Source: Raillietiella orientalis (Eukaryota). From it: a DNA stretch of 64,000 bases. The stretch spans positions 4,712,001 to 4,776,000 of the forward strand of contig JAYWIR010000002.1 in the NCBI GenBank assembly GCA_036172245.1, given 5' to 3'. A program made the translations under genes and the position numbers. Shown here in pieces: positions 24,601 through 38,423 of the stretch; the stretch's first letter is position 1, and each line of letters starts with the position of its first letter. The notes below the pieces were generated by a model. The model saw only the letters and a list, made by a program, of their open reading frames with translations. It was not told the DNA's origin and made no database searches.

Positions 24601-25899
24601 CCCTAGAGTTTAGAAACTCGTGGCATGAGTTTGTAAACTTTAGGGTGAGCAATATATATATATATATATCACATGATCTATAATATTACCATTATGTATT
24701 TATATAATTTCCTGTTTATTTTTCTTCATACGTAATTTACCCAAGAGAATAATAAATCAGTGAAGCGCCCAAGACTCGAAAGTGTGCAAAATTCGGACTT
24801 TCCCGAAGGAAAACAACAGCCAAGCGGCTACTGGGTTCTTGAAAAATTACAGCAGGCGTCAAATGAGAGAAAGAATCAGCAAACCACGTAGATTTCCTGC
24901 CGATTTTCAAGCCCATCCTGCGGAACTGCAGCCCCTCCTAATTTGGATTATTAGATTTGGACAGTTTCCCCATATTTCAGACGTCAGGTTTTTTCTGAAA
25001 AGGAAAGGGAATAGGGATGCCAGAGCGCATTCCTTCCCAACTCGCACTGCTGCTACTCACAAGCGAATGTCAAACGCACGCGCCTAAACACTGAGATACA
25101 TCTCGGAAACCTGACGTCGGAGGGAAAGATCGGGTAGTTCTGCAAGGAAGATGTGGTTTCCATCAGCGACAAGAACTGCCAAAGAAACGAATCGAAATAA
25201 CACGTCCCCATGTTGTTAGTTTAAAATCGAAAAACAGGGTCGTGAAAAAAAAAAAAAAAAATTCCAAATCTGTCAACCCTTTCTGATTTCCGTTGCTAAT
25301 GATCTCGTCCTCGAGTCTGGTCTGCTTTAGGGTCCATCACCATTCGTAGGAAAATGAATCGTTAGAGCCGTGCTATGCACGTTTCTAATCACTGCATTTT
25401 TTGGAAGCTGGCCATCTAGGATGCGGTGCTTCCTAGTCTAATCAGGCAAGCGATCATGTAATTAATTCGATAGTTCTCGATCGGTAATCATTTCTCTTAT
25501 TGGTGTAGGAGTATCAAATTCAAGAGCAAAAAGGCAACCATCCTGATCTATCCACGCATGCGTCCTCATGTGGATGAGTAGGCACTTCGCGAGTGAAGAT
25601 CCAGAAAGGTTTTAGAGCCACCTTTATCTTCACTGGATAACAGCCCCGAATGCCGTTTGGCACGAAACTTTTTCGAGAGTGACAAGTGGACATGCACTTT
25701 CTTTTTTTTTCTTTTTTTTTTTTTCTTTACCACAGGCGCTATTTTTTTTTTTTTTCCCCACTACTGGCATTGTTTTCGTTTCGATGCCGTGCTTTCAAAG
25801 AACGAGCAGCTGAGAGGACAAGGACTTTCGCATCCCCGCTCTGACATTCCTTCTTGATTCATCTGCTCGAGTGGTAAAATTACGATTTTGCCCTGAGTA

Positions 25900-28200
25900 T
25901 AAATTTCCTACTTCAGCTCTTCCCAAAGTGTGGGAAGCGGATGGGTAAAGAATCCCTCACCAGTCAAGGGTACAAAGATCACTTTTGAATGCATTTTTGT
26001 TTCATTCACGGCAAACAAATACTTTCGCATCCCATTCATCACATTTTGTCATGATCCAAGAAGGAAAGTAGTAATTCAGTTCTTCGACATCGTTTTGGCA
26101 AAAAAGTTTTTGGGGGCTCACAGAGCTGGAAATCAGGAATCTTTGTGAGGTCATCACAAAAATGAATGCCTCCGTTCCGCGTTCACGAGCAGGCTTTCCG
26201 ATACAGGGCACGCAGGCATCATGGAAAATAGGCTTCGTCCTCTAGGTCTGTTCCCTACGAATTGGAGTTTTGGATCGGAACTTTGTTCCACAGACCCTAG
26301 ATGCATCTTTCGAAGACAACACTTGCCCTTGAGAACCGTACGACCACGTCTGTATAACATCTGGCGATTCTGGGAACATTTCCGAATCCTTCCGTAAGCT
26401 CTGGCCATTGCGTAGCCATGGATTCAGACTTCGATGCAACTCGCTGTTTCAATGTACCCTTCCGCACGTAATCACTGAAGATTCTGGACAAACCTGCAAC
26501 AGCTGTTCTTCCCTAGTTCTGCTCATGGTCCTGAAAACTAAGGATTCTTTGATAAGCATGCAAAAACAGCACATTTGTGACAACAGCGGCGACCGGTGGA
26601 CTCATCAGCCGAACCAAACGGCGAAGAATGTATTTTGGAGTTCTGTCGGACACTTTCGTTTGCATGCCGATGGGGAAAAATTTTTCGGCTTGAACTTCAA
26701 CACAGCAGAACTTACAGCAGATGCGCAACCGTATTAAAAAGAACGAAGTTATTGATACCAACTATAAATGGGTGTCTAAGAAAACTATTCCAATTCCTAA
26801 GAATACCCCCCCTTCCCCAACCCTTCCTTTAAAATAAAACACATGACAGATGAAGTGCCAGATCTGGCGAACACTAATGAGGCACTTATTAGACGAAGGA
26901 CTGAGAAAACATTGCCATACTTTGTTGATCTCATCACATCACCAGGCATTCCGTCCTAAAGTGCTGTCGAAAAATTAGTCTGAAGACTCAGCCAGACGAG
27001 TCCCTCCCCCTTGGTGTGTTTTTCCCATGCCACGGTAATCAAGTACAACTGAGATTGCTAATTAAACAACACTTGATCTTGATTTGCATCCTCCATAATG
27101 AGCCTATCGCCACGTATCCATAAAATACGAAACGACAACATGTATGTTCTTTTTCGCCATCCAGAAGCCGACCAGGAGAATTTTTCTTGCTGTACCAAGA
27201 CACGAAATTCTTTTCTTTCGCTGATAGAAATTTTACGTTGCACTATGGAAACTGTAAGCTAGAACGAAACGCCCATTGAGAAAACATTTTCTCCAGATCT
27301 CATTTCTACACACCTGCATGGCCTTAAGTGCTTAATATACACGGCTTGCGATTGCTCAACAGGACTGTTGATACGAATGTTCCGACACCATCTCTGAAGC
27401 CCTTGGGATGCGAATCATTTCCATGAACATCGTCCTAGAGATGTATACACCGACACTAGTCTCAAATCTGCAGGTATCCTGGGACTCCAAAATCTTTAGT
27501 TTAAAATCGTGCTAATGGAGCCTTAGACTTTTGTCGGTGTGGGCATCATGCTATCGTGCTTTTGTTCACAGAAGGCGCGTCCCTTATTCATCCAACCAAT
27601 CTTGAGAAAAGCAAATCCAGTACGCTGTTCCTTTCTGGATCAACAGAAATTATTTTTGAAAACTGCCAGGGATGTTTCTGTGCTGGTGTGGCATTGCTAA
27701 CATCGATCTAAACAGATAAGATCGAGTAGAGGACTTTGTTACGAAGTTCCTGAAGACACTCCTGCAGCCCAAAAGAGATTCTTTTGGCTAACTGCCCTTC
27801 TGAGATAGAAACCAAGTTTGACCGCTTGAAAGACACGATTGCAAGTCAAAATAATTCCATCCTCTAGCTATGTGGTCAGACGCCTGTAGGCATATGTGGG
27901 ACCTAAGGGATGTAGAGGGAGTTCTTAACCAAATGGCGTCAGCAAAGTTCAGTTTATAAGTGTTGGTCTTAAGGTATTCAACCAAGCGCCTTATAGGACT
28001 TCATTTGGAAAACAGAAACTTACACACAAAGTCTTCGTGTGAGCTGAATGAATGTTGGGACTTGATGTGAGTTGCTGAGAAGGACATAATCACCTTCATG
28101 TTATGGGCAGTTCGAAGCAACGTTTTAACCTGAGGAAACGGCAAGCGATATGGATGGTCAACATGCAGTTGAGGACAAATTTCCGTCAACTTCACCCGAG
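25900..28200 (-). mobile_element. Decayed Ty3/Gypsy pol (RT-RNaseH-integrase)
   Basis: Ordered degenerate motifs: W...LWIRGD (RT start, ~27150), STKYGNVF..ISASLVF (T..G.F..SAP.IF, ~26900), EKF..VSD..AVAGLSR (RNase H, ~26690-26480), GRTVL..H and YYFP..C integrase zinc-binding region (~26340-26010). Confidence 0.55.
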
Positions 28201-29299
28201 CACACGCACACAACCCCTCGGTGTCAAATAAAAATGCGTGGTTTACAAAGAGGAAACCAAAAGCACACAAGCGAATGGACACCACAGAGTAAACAACAGT
28301 CCTAGTTGACTCGCGGCAGCCATTCTCTAACACGCAATGTGATGGTTTATCTCTTGTTCAGATGAAAATAAAACCTTGTTCAGGAAATGATTAGCTGCAA
28401 GAGCGAAGTGTTTTCTGCTAGACTGAAATACGTGAGTTCAACCTCTTGGAATCCATGCATGCAGCATGATCGATTTAACGGGCAATGACTTGAATGCTCG
28501 GAAAAATGGTGGCATCTGCCTTATCATGGAGAACACGGTCATAGGAATTTTTCGCACACTGACACCAGAGCAGAGACTATGCCTGGACACTGAAATGGGT
28601 ACACTTGTAGTGTAGTTTAAGTCAACTCACATCAAGAAACTACAATCCCAAAGAAAGCTCAGATGTCAGGATCTCGATGAAATTTTTCCTCTTCGGGTCA
28701 AATTTAAAACTGCTATCTCTGTAGATACTGCTGTTGAGCCGTCATTCTTCAAATATAGATAAAGCAGACAAGCGAAACTTGGCTTAAACCTCCGGTTTCA
28801 GTAGAGAGCAATACATCGAGAAGATCGATTAGAGCTTCACGCAGGCAATCTGAATATTTTCTAAAATCTAATAAAAGTTTCCATATTTACCGTTCAATTT
28901 CCATATCTAATCGAAAGCAAGCAACGATGATGAAGCTCTTCCTCTTGCCAGTGCCGGGATAAGCAGCTTTTGAAAGCTTTCTTTTTCGCAAGTGGAATCT
29001 AGAGATTATTTTCATCTTTCCATCTCAGAATCAATTCGCTCTTCAAGAAAAATGAATTTCCCAATCAAGAGAATTTTCTGAGCTGAAATAACTGAACTGC
29101 GGGCATCTTGCTAAAATGAAGTGGGGCAATTTATTTAGAGAGCACAATACCATAAGAACCTATGAGCCAACTGGCAAATGAATGGTTTGGTGAATTTTCA
29201 AGTAACATCGGAAGATTTAAAAAGGTATGCAAAAAAAAAAGAGTGAGTTGAAAACAAAATTCGGGATTGTGGCTGATAAAGTGATGCTTCGGGACTTTT

Positions 29300-30600
29300 T
29301 CTAGAACAAATAAGGGAGTGAATCTCCAAGTAAGTTCCCTGATGGCCTTCATAAGATCGCATATCTACAATTCATATTCTGATGTCGAATAATGGATCCT
29401 CCATAATGTGATGCGATCCTACCACATTCGAAACCCCTAAAAGTGACACCTGGAGATGGATCAATGCTCAGTGTCTCGGATCTGCACGCAAAGGCATTTC
29501 CGAAGAGAACAGGCATTCGAAGACCTGTAAGAAGAAGATCGTGCAAATGAATGATTGCAGATAAGATATGGGAGCATACTGAAAATTCAAGAGGTCCAAC
29601 CCTACTGCAACATGGATCCAAAAGCATAGATTGCTAACTTCTGCCCCCATTATGCTGTGCCATTCTCATTTCTCTCGGAAGTTTGTTATGTTCTACTTGC
29701 CACTTCGGAATCCCTTGATAGAAAACTGTTCAAAGAAAACGTCAAATAAAGTAATACTCCAATATATTCTCTACGGAAAGAATGGGCAGCCTGAGATGTT
29801 TCCGAGAACCCATATTAAAGCCATGGAGTACCTGCGGATTAAGGCAGATAAGGAGTGAAGAACTCCTTATGGTAGAAGAACGAACTAGACGGATTCCCGG
29901 AACAAGCTTAAAAAAAAACGAATGTTTGGAACAGTTAGTCACCAGGCCCAGATCATATGGGCGTTTTTTCTTTTTCTTTTTTGTTCCAAAATCGTGAACA
30001 TCGCGAGCAGCGTTGCATTCCAAAAAAAAGAAGAAGAAAGAAAGCATTCTGAAGGAAGTGTCGCATTGGATTTTTTTGATGGCATACCTGGACATTCCAC
30101 ACCTTCCTCAAAAACTCCGGGAAGCAGTTTCAATAACGGCTGAAATCCGGAGGGTTCGAGAAACCAAAACCTGTCTGTAAAAAGCGAAAAGAAAGCTTGA
30201 AAGAGTCCACAGCAGCATACGTGCATATTCTGAGAAGCTTACTCTGTGTTTCGGGACGAGCAGTTGGACCGGGCAGCTCTTCTAATGCATAGAGAAACTT
30301 TGTGAGGGTCTCTGGAAAACTGCTGATTCTTTCAAAGTAGCCATAGGACGCACGAGGTCTTGGTGATCAAGGAGATATGTTTACAGGAAGCCATTCTGTG
30401 TGGCCAGAAAGTAGTCACTAGTGTTGGTGGCAATGTTGGTATACATTTAGTGTATGAAGTGCACTGAATGTGAAGACCATCTGTTGGTACACAAAGATTG
30501 CCTCTTTATCCGCCTCAAAAAGTGTACATAATGCATGGTTGCAAAACATGTATTTCTCCCATTTTGTGACCTTGTTTTTTGTATGCTTCCGTACAATGCT
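29300..30600 (+). mobile_element. Decayed Ty3/Gypsy pol fragment
   Basis: LLTSAPIMLCHSHFSRKFVMF (LT.AP.L...F...F.L RT-RNaseH linker, ~29630), followed by integrase H..H/W/C..C-like spacing at ~30220-30330. Confidence 0.4.
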
Positions 30601-31019
30601 GCTATAGATTAGAATACCGGCTTAGCCACTCTGCAACAGTACACTGGATGACAAACTGTCAGTTTTCTGGAATCTTTTTACTTTTCCATCCTGTAACGTT
30701 GTAAATTTGTGGGCGCTATGAGATTATGTTTTTTCTCGTTTAGCAATCAATTTCCAATTTTTTTGTATAGATTTTCACTACAATCCACAATTTTGGTAGT
30801 GTACTGGGGTAAACAGCTTACATTTAAAGTTTGAGAAGCTCAGACTCCCATGGATACTGAGAAAGTGCCATTCCAATAAAATTAGACTCACTATTTTCTT
30901 ATATATGTATGTATGAAAATAGACAAGTTGCTGTCTGTTGAAAAGTACTTTCAAAATGCATCTTTAAACAAACAATAGACATCATTCACTACTATCCACT
31001 TTTTTTTATTTGTCCACAG

Positions 31020-31430
31020 GTTCCGCGTATCCCCCAAAATCTGAGAGCTATTCTAAACTGAAACCACGAGCATGTTGTGACCATGGGTGATTTTCTCGAA
31101 AAATTTTCAGTGGAGACGACACAAAAGTCAAAGGACGAATTGTTTAAGGGGAAATGGCTGACGTGACGACACGTTGTTTCGAGTGTGCAGGAAGACCTGA
31201 AGACGGCCATCCATCGGCTAAGACCGATTCGTCATCATCGTAGCCCGAAAACACTACACACGAATTCTGAAACAGTGTTTTTTTCGACCCAGATGAGGAA
31301 AACCCGAACTGGGGGAACACCGTCCGGAAAGGAAGCGATTGGCACACGGTGGAAAAAATTGCTATCATTCTGAGGAAGTCCGATTGCAGTGGATGCAGAA
31401 AAGAATCATAAATTACATGAACAGCAACCA
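31020..31430 (+). mobile_element. Mariner transposase N-terminal remnant
   Basis: VFECAGRPEDGHPSAKTDS..TVEKIAIILRKS resembles the mariner HTH region V.EW..RF.DG..S..DD.RSGRP...T...IA..L.IS. Confidence 0.45.
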
Positions 31431-32295
31431 AAAGAAATATGTAAACATACTCTGCTAATAATGGTGTAGCATAAATTATCCTAAGAAGTCAAAATAAGTG
31501 ATGAATTTCTCGGTTGCAAAGTGTAGTCCATTTAAAACTGTATTGATTTACACCCTAAATGTTGACGTAAGGGATACGTAGGATAACAAAGGAATTGCAG
31601 TTGGAAACGTTTTATGATTTGGCTTTTGTGAATTACTCGAAATTAGTATTAGAAAGCATTTTCTCATGCTTGTGTTTTGCTGCAGCAATCTTAGAGTCGA
31701 ATCTTATCTTTGAGTTAAAAATTCCCACGTTGTCGGGCCGCCAATGTTTTTTTTTTTTCTGTCATTCTTGTTAATGAATGCCGGACGGTAAAAACCATCG
31801 CATACCGGTTGATATTCAGTGTTTTTGTACTGTTTGTACCTTCTTTTCATACTTAAACGAATACAAATATTCTCCAATAGAAACTTCAAATCGTTGTTGA
31901 AGTAAAGAATCAGGTGATTTGATTGCTATGTGTAAACTTAGCTGATTCCTATAAAATGTGATGATTATATAATGTGGTAATGTGCATTGTTCCAGCATTG
32001 AATATGTTCTTACACTTAATCAGCATACATCTCTTACTCTTGGCTTCCTGAAGTTAATTCAATGACCAAAGCCATTTTCAATGATGTTCCTCGGTTTTAA
32101 AACCAAAAGGAAAAAGCAAATCATGTTTCAGATTATTTTCCCTTATTCATGCAATGGAAGGAGTTTTCTGCATTTGCTGAAATAATTAAATTTTACACAA
32201 AGAATTTAACAGTTTGGAGCAGGTGTTTTGTTTTGTAAGCAAGGGTCTTAGTTAAGCCTCCAGAATGTGATTTTATCATAGACATTACATTTACA

Positions 32296-35040
32296 ATGCC
32301 GGGATCATCCAATGCAGTGAAACATGGTTCTGCTGAAAGCAACTTGCGTTTCCAGGATGCAGTTGACAGAATTCAGAGTTCACTCCAGAAATACTTGGAA
32401 AACATGCCCCCAGAGGAGTGCATTTCTTCAGATGAAGAAGATATTGATGAACAGCTTCTAGGTTGTTGATGAATTTTTTATTCTTATAACTGACATTTTT
32501 AGAGAGATTAACAGCAAATTACAACAATGGCAGCAACAGTGGCAGTTATTCAAAAGACACAGCAGCCAGTTCAGTACTAGAAGCTTTTCACATTAGTTCA
32601 CAAACTTGTTTGATATGCATTGGCTCCATTCGACATGCAGACCAGGTATAATTTTGTGCATACTGCCTTCTGACTCTTTAAAGATCTGGAATTGCCAACG
32701 GTGTACTTCATCCTTCCATTTGCACTGCATCACTCAGTGGGCTGTGGATAGTCTGGGTGCTCAGCTGCCAGACAAAGAAGTGTGGTGTTGGTACATGGGG
32801 TACAGGAACTACATAGTACTGACTGATGTTCCAGCCCTAAGTGTCGCTGCTCCTATGGAAAAGCTGATCTACCTAGAGTATATTTGTGTTTTTGTGGCAA
32901 GCAAGAAAATCCGCCACCTGACCCTTGGATTATCCCTCATTCTTGTGGGCAGATTTGTGGGAAGAATCTGCAGCCTGATTGTGGTCACTCTTGTTTATTA
33001 CTTTGCCATCCAGGTAAAAGTAAAAAGCTACTGCATTTAGTGATATTGTAGGCCCATGTCCCCCTTGTCCAAAGGTTGTTTCTGTTACATGTCACTGCAG
33101 GCAGGCACCTCCAATTAGCTGCCGCTGTAGCAATAGTCATTGGTCATGTGGTAATGTCTGTGGACGCATGTTAGCATGTGGATTGCACAAGTGTTGTGAA
33201 GTTTGTCATGGAGGTGCTTGTCATCCTTGTCCAAAACAAAGCTTGCAGTATTGTGAATGTGGCAAGCACAGGTGCCTGCAGCCATGTGCCAAGCCACATT
33301 GGCAGTGTGAAGAGGTGAGATAATGAGGTGAATTAGAATCCATTTGCATGGACATTCTAGATTTGTGGCAAAGCATTGGCTTGTGGTCACCATTATTGTA
33401 AAAGTGTCTGTCACTCAGGGAATTGCCCTCCATGCCCAGGCTTGCAACCTAGAACATGTCCCTGTGGCAAGCAAATTCATGAGCTACCTTGTACTGAAGA
33501 GCCAACTGCATGTGGCAATACTTGTGACAAACTACTGTCCTGTGGCTGGCATCAGTGTGCCCAACGCTGTCATTATGGACCTTGTGGACTGTGCATACAG
33601 TTGCGTTTAAAAATATGTCGGTGTGGTGCTAGCCAGAAAGAACTACTTTGCAGCAAAGAATTCATTTGTTCCAATCGATGTCGCCAACTTCGAAACTGTG
33701 GTCGTCATGCTTGCAAGAGAAAGTGTTGTCCTGGGTTCTGTCCTCCTTGTGAACAACAGTGTGATCGCTTGTTAAGCTGTCGCAATCATCGCTGCATGCT
33801 TCCCTGTCATAAAGGGCCTTGTTATCCATGTCCTTTGAATGTTCGTATTACATGCAGATGTGGCAGTACTTCTGAAGAAGTACCATGTGGTCGGGAACGT
33901 GATACAAAACCTCCAAAGTGTCAACAACAGTGCAGGTATTTATTCAAGAAATTAGTCATGATAGAACCTTCACTCCATTTTTGTTCATTTGAAGGATAAT
34001 TCCATTATGCCATCATCCTGCCATTCAGCCCCATCCATGTCATCGAGGTCTCTGTCCACCTTGTCGTCTTGTCTGCAAGAAAATGTTGCCTTGTGGTCAT
34101 GAATGTCAATCAGTATGCCACAATACAACAAAAAAATCCAAAGATGAAAAAAGTAGTTGTCCTCCTTGCCAGGTAAGATTCCTGTAAGTTAAAGGACTTC
34201 CCAATCATGTGGCCTCAGATTCCAGTAGCTGTAACATGCTATGGAGAACATGAAACCACATTGCAGCCATGTAGTGAAAGAAGACCTTTTGCATGTGAAC
34301 AGCCATGTGGTAACTTGTTAGAATGTAAGATTCACAAATGTCCTCAGCAGTGCCATCCACTGGTTTGTAACTGTATCACTCATCAAATAAAAATTTGGTA
34401 TCTGTAGAGTGATAAATGTGGTCCTTGTGAGCAGCAGTGTACCAAACCTAGATTACCTTCCTGCTCTCACCCATGCAATTTGACCTGTCATTCTGGCCCT
34501 TGCCCTGACTGCATGCAACAGATGAGGTTGAGATGTCACTGTGGAATATCTCAGATGTACATTCGATGCAGCCAATGGTCACACATGAGCAAAAATGAAC
34601 AAATCAAATTCTTATGTTGCACTGGCAAATGCCCTCATAAGGTAAACTGATAAAACTCATTCCAGTAATAACTTTTCCAGATGCCATGTGGTCATCGCTG
34701 TCAGAAAATGTGCCACCCAGATGCATGTGCACAGGTACAATCATGCACCAAAAAAGTGCAACTCCGATGCCACTGTAAACGAATAAAACGTGAACTGCCT
34801 TGCACTACTGCACAGCAGCTTGGATTCAAACTGCCATGTGAAAATCACTGTGAGCTGCATAAAACTCCTTTAACTGCAATCACAACACACCAGAAGACAA
34901 CTCCAGTTAACACTACATCAAATACAAAACATTCATATGAAATACTGAACTATGGATTAGCAAGGACTTTGGCAGTAATGGTTGGTGTTGTTGCTGTTGT
35001 TGTTTGCATATTTATGTTCCCCAAAGAAAAGTTATTCTAG
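32296..35040 (+). CDS. NFXL1: NF-X1-type zinc finger protein NFXL1 (RING/PHD-like finger, many NF-X1 zinc fingers, C-terminal TM helix)
   Basis: Exons 32296-32461, 32503-32645, 32684-32790, 32835-33013, 33052-33314, 33361-33935, 33995-34172, 34219-34362, 34408-34641, 34681-35040. All introns GT-AG and the frame is continuous. [51 protein letters not shown]; repeated CG.H.C...CH.G.C..C; terminal [23 protein letters not shown] ~35199. Confidence 0.95.
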
Positions 35041-36599
35041 AAATTCAGAATGTATCATTTGCTAAGATGTTTTTTTATTTCTAGTTTATACATGCATGTC
35101 ATTTCTCCATATTCTCACTAGCATCATTTATCATCCCACAACAGAAATCAGCTTAAATGTAAGATGATCACTAAATTCTTATACTTGAGGATCTTGAGAA
35201 TAAAAAATCCACTGGGACTATTGCAAATTCTAAAGATGTTAATGATGAATCATGTAAACATTTTTTGTTTTCATCACCAATGAATGTAATACTTTTCAGA
35301 GTTATAGTTGAAACAGTTTTTCCTTTTGTGCTTTAGGATCTTGATTTTTTGAAATATTAAATTCACTAAGAAACATAAGCCTAGACAACCAATTGAAACA
35401 AAAAGATAAAAGCGCCGGATCCAATATGGGCATGTTAGGATGCACTTTAATTCCTGTTGGAATTTTAGTGGAACAGTCAAATTCATATGTGACTTGCTTC
35501 GATTGCGCTTCCTCGTGTATGTTTCTTCACGAATTACAACTGAAACTTTAATTCAGCTGAAATATACAGCTGATTTAAAGTAATTCGTGGTTCTTAGTAT
35601 ATTTTCGTGTACTTGGAGAAGCGAACTTTTAGCACATCTACCCATTTGCTAGTCTTTGTGACATTCAATTTGTCATAAAGAAATGGCCAATTAGTGAATC
35701 GATTTGTATTGTGAAAGAAGATAATCCCAAAACCATGCATAATTTTTATTTGACGTAGCCAAGCATTCGACACATCATGTATCGATATCGACACTTTCTA
35801 ATCAGAAAATACATCCATATCTTCTTCCATTTAAGCAGCAATCTCCACATACGATATTCTCATAACTGCTTGTCGCACTGTTCTTGGAAGCCCAAACCTT
35901 CGCCTGCTTCTTTCGTACAACAGATTAGACAGCAACGTGCACTGTTCTTGTGGATTTAGTCCAAGGTAGCTCTGGATAAGGGTGAATTCCATGCTCTATA
36001 AGAGAAAACAGAATGATGCCTGGGGCCTCGGTATTTGAAGGGTTTCATCTTGGACCCTACAGAACAGTTTTAGAACATTGACATGATTTCTTTCTTTTTG
36101 GACAAATCTACTTTGTTATAGATTCACAAAAGAAAAAGAGACAGTAGAAAATGTAACGAATTAATCAGAGGAGCCATGATTTTCTGTGCCTAGTCTCCCG
36201 AAAACTCGATTTCCCCCTGCACTTCCCACTGTATGTGGGAAGCTTTCAAACCTACATTCCTATAGTGGAATAACAATCTCCATTAAACTTAACTCTAGTG
36301 TAATCCGACTAAATTTTCCACTTTATGCCTTTTATTTAAAGATTACTTTGCCGCACAGATCTCCCCATCCTCTCTAACGTTTCCTTTGGAGCTTTGTAAT
36401 TCCTACAGTTCTAATATTTACGAACTGACTGGGCATCACTGAAGCCATCGGTGGTTATTCTATTAGGGCAGACGAATGGTGAATGGCTGCCACTAGGAAA
36501 TCTTAATTTATAATTTAACGCAGTCACAGCTGGGCAAAAGCTAAGAACTTGAATCGTTAATTCAAATTACCCGTGTGCACTTACATCATACATCGAACC

Positions 36600-37400
36600 C
36601 TTATATTACGAATGCAAATTCGAAGCACACCTTTCTGAAGGTTCTTCTTTACAAACTACTGTTTTACTAATATTTAACAAATTTTTTTGATGCTGAGAGC
36701 ATCTCATGATTTTTTTCCTTGTGAAATGTTGGTATGGGCAAATTTTGCGTGGGCAAAATATGCATCCATAATGATTTCGTAGTGAAGAATTAAACTTTGA
36801 ATCGAGCAAAAGGGACTTTCCAAGAGTTGAAGAACCCATTGCTAAGATGGTTCCCCGCATTCGCTTTCGTCTTTTTTCAAGGATTTCCTCAGTCAGTCCT
36901 ATGAACAAGGTTCGGTGGTGTTTTCAAGTGCTTTCCTTCTAAGCATGCAACGAGCAAATTGAGAAGGCGTACAATCAGTCCAGGAATTCTGCATCGAAAC
37001 TCTTGTCCCTCCTTTACAGAGCACATCGTGGGTGAGAAACTTGAGGGATCAGATTTAGTTTCAGATGTTGGATGACTGCGTAACACTTTCGCCGTGGAAC
37101 TTGAGTCTGACAAATGTCCCTGAGCCACATTCTGGCCAACATGGGATCGGGAAATACTTTAAGATACTTTATCCGTCATCAGTTTGATATTTGCTGATGA
37201 CCAAAATCGGCTAAACCTCTTCCCTAATGTTTCATTCGAAATGATTCCTCGCAAAATTCTTACCTTGCTCATCGCCTACTATTTGCTTTTTAATATCATT
37301 AGGTTCTTTATCATTCGATTCGTTTTCACAGAATCAGTTAATTTCTTTGCCAAAGAGCTTATTCTTCAAAAGGTCCAGCTCTTGTGAATCAAAGGCACGA
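36600..37400 (-). mobile_element. Possible decayed LINE RT fragment
   Basis: KTPP.. and GFFNSWKVPF weakly resemble K.PG.D and G.FP..WK motifs. Confidence 0.25.
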
Positions 37401-38423
37401 GTCTTCAATTCTTTGTTACCTGACCAGGACGACTGAATTTTAATATGTATTTTTTAAAAATTTATTTAAATAAAACTCAGTTTGTTAGTCGCACAAGAGT
37501 AAAGTTGCCTTTCGGTCTTTTTTCAGTCTTCCTACACTGACTGGATCATTTTATTTGGAGAATGTGATCGCTATCCAGTATTTGTAACTACTGAAATCTC
37601 ACAATTATAAATGTTCTCTCGCTTGTCAATAGCTATGTTTGCAATGAAAAGTAACGATTGAGGGTTTGATTTCAAAAGTGAAAATAATGCGAATTTTGAT
37701 TCTAATCCTGAGCATGAAAAGCATTAGTTATTGACATTTTGTGTTTGTTTTCAGTTTTTCACTGACCTGAAAAATTCAAAAAAAAAAAAATCCCCATTGT
37801 TGGAGAAGGAAAATTACGGCTTTTATTGACTGGCACTTCTCGCGGTAGACCGTTTGTCGAGTATTTCCTTCGAACGAAAGTACCCCACCTGCCATCCGTC
37901 TGCTCCCCTCCCCTCTTCGCCCCTTCCTGACCCTTCACCCTCCTCCCCCGTGCCTGCGAAAGACGACTCTGCCCCGTGAGGAGACATCAAAGGGATCTTC
38001 TCGTGAAAGTGCCCACCGCTGACGCTCGACTACCTGCCCGGCAGACTGCAAGCGTTAGAACAGAATCGCCCCACCGCGCGTAGGGCTGGGGAACACAAAA
38101 GGTAGCAGCACCGTGGATCTCAGACTAGAAACGCAGGATCCATCCAGCACTGGATGTTGTTTTCGCTTATTTTCTTTTCGCTTTTCAGAGATACTTTATC
38201 TCAGTAGAATCCGTCCGTTCGTTCCTCGCAGTGGGAATATACCCGAAATTGCACCCCATCGCGAAACAAGCAAATCTTCAAGCATTATTAACGGAAAATA
38301 GAAGAAAAAAAGAAAAAAAAAAACTTTCAACAATACGAAAACCCTGCTGCAAGTTTTCACTTTGCAGTTTCAATTCGTCTACTAAAATCAGCAGTTTCGA
38401 AGTCAGGCGCATCCGCATCCAGC

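Noticed and set aside
30290-30531. Possible tiny-intron mini-gene in a CpG-poor patch upstream of NFXL1
   Set aside because: No start codon or recognisable product. The sequence fits better as the continuation of the Gypsy integrase remnant; RNA-seq would be needed to revive it.
31498-32180. Possible C/D-box snoRNA motifs (gtgatga; atgatg...ctga)
   Set aside because: No properly paired C and D boxes with a terminal stem or recognisable guide sequence.
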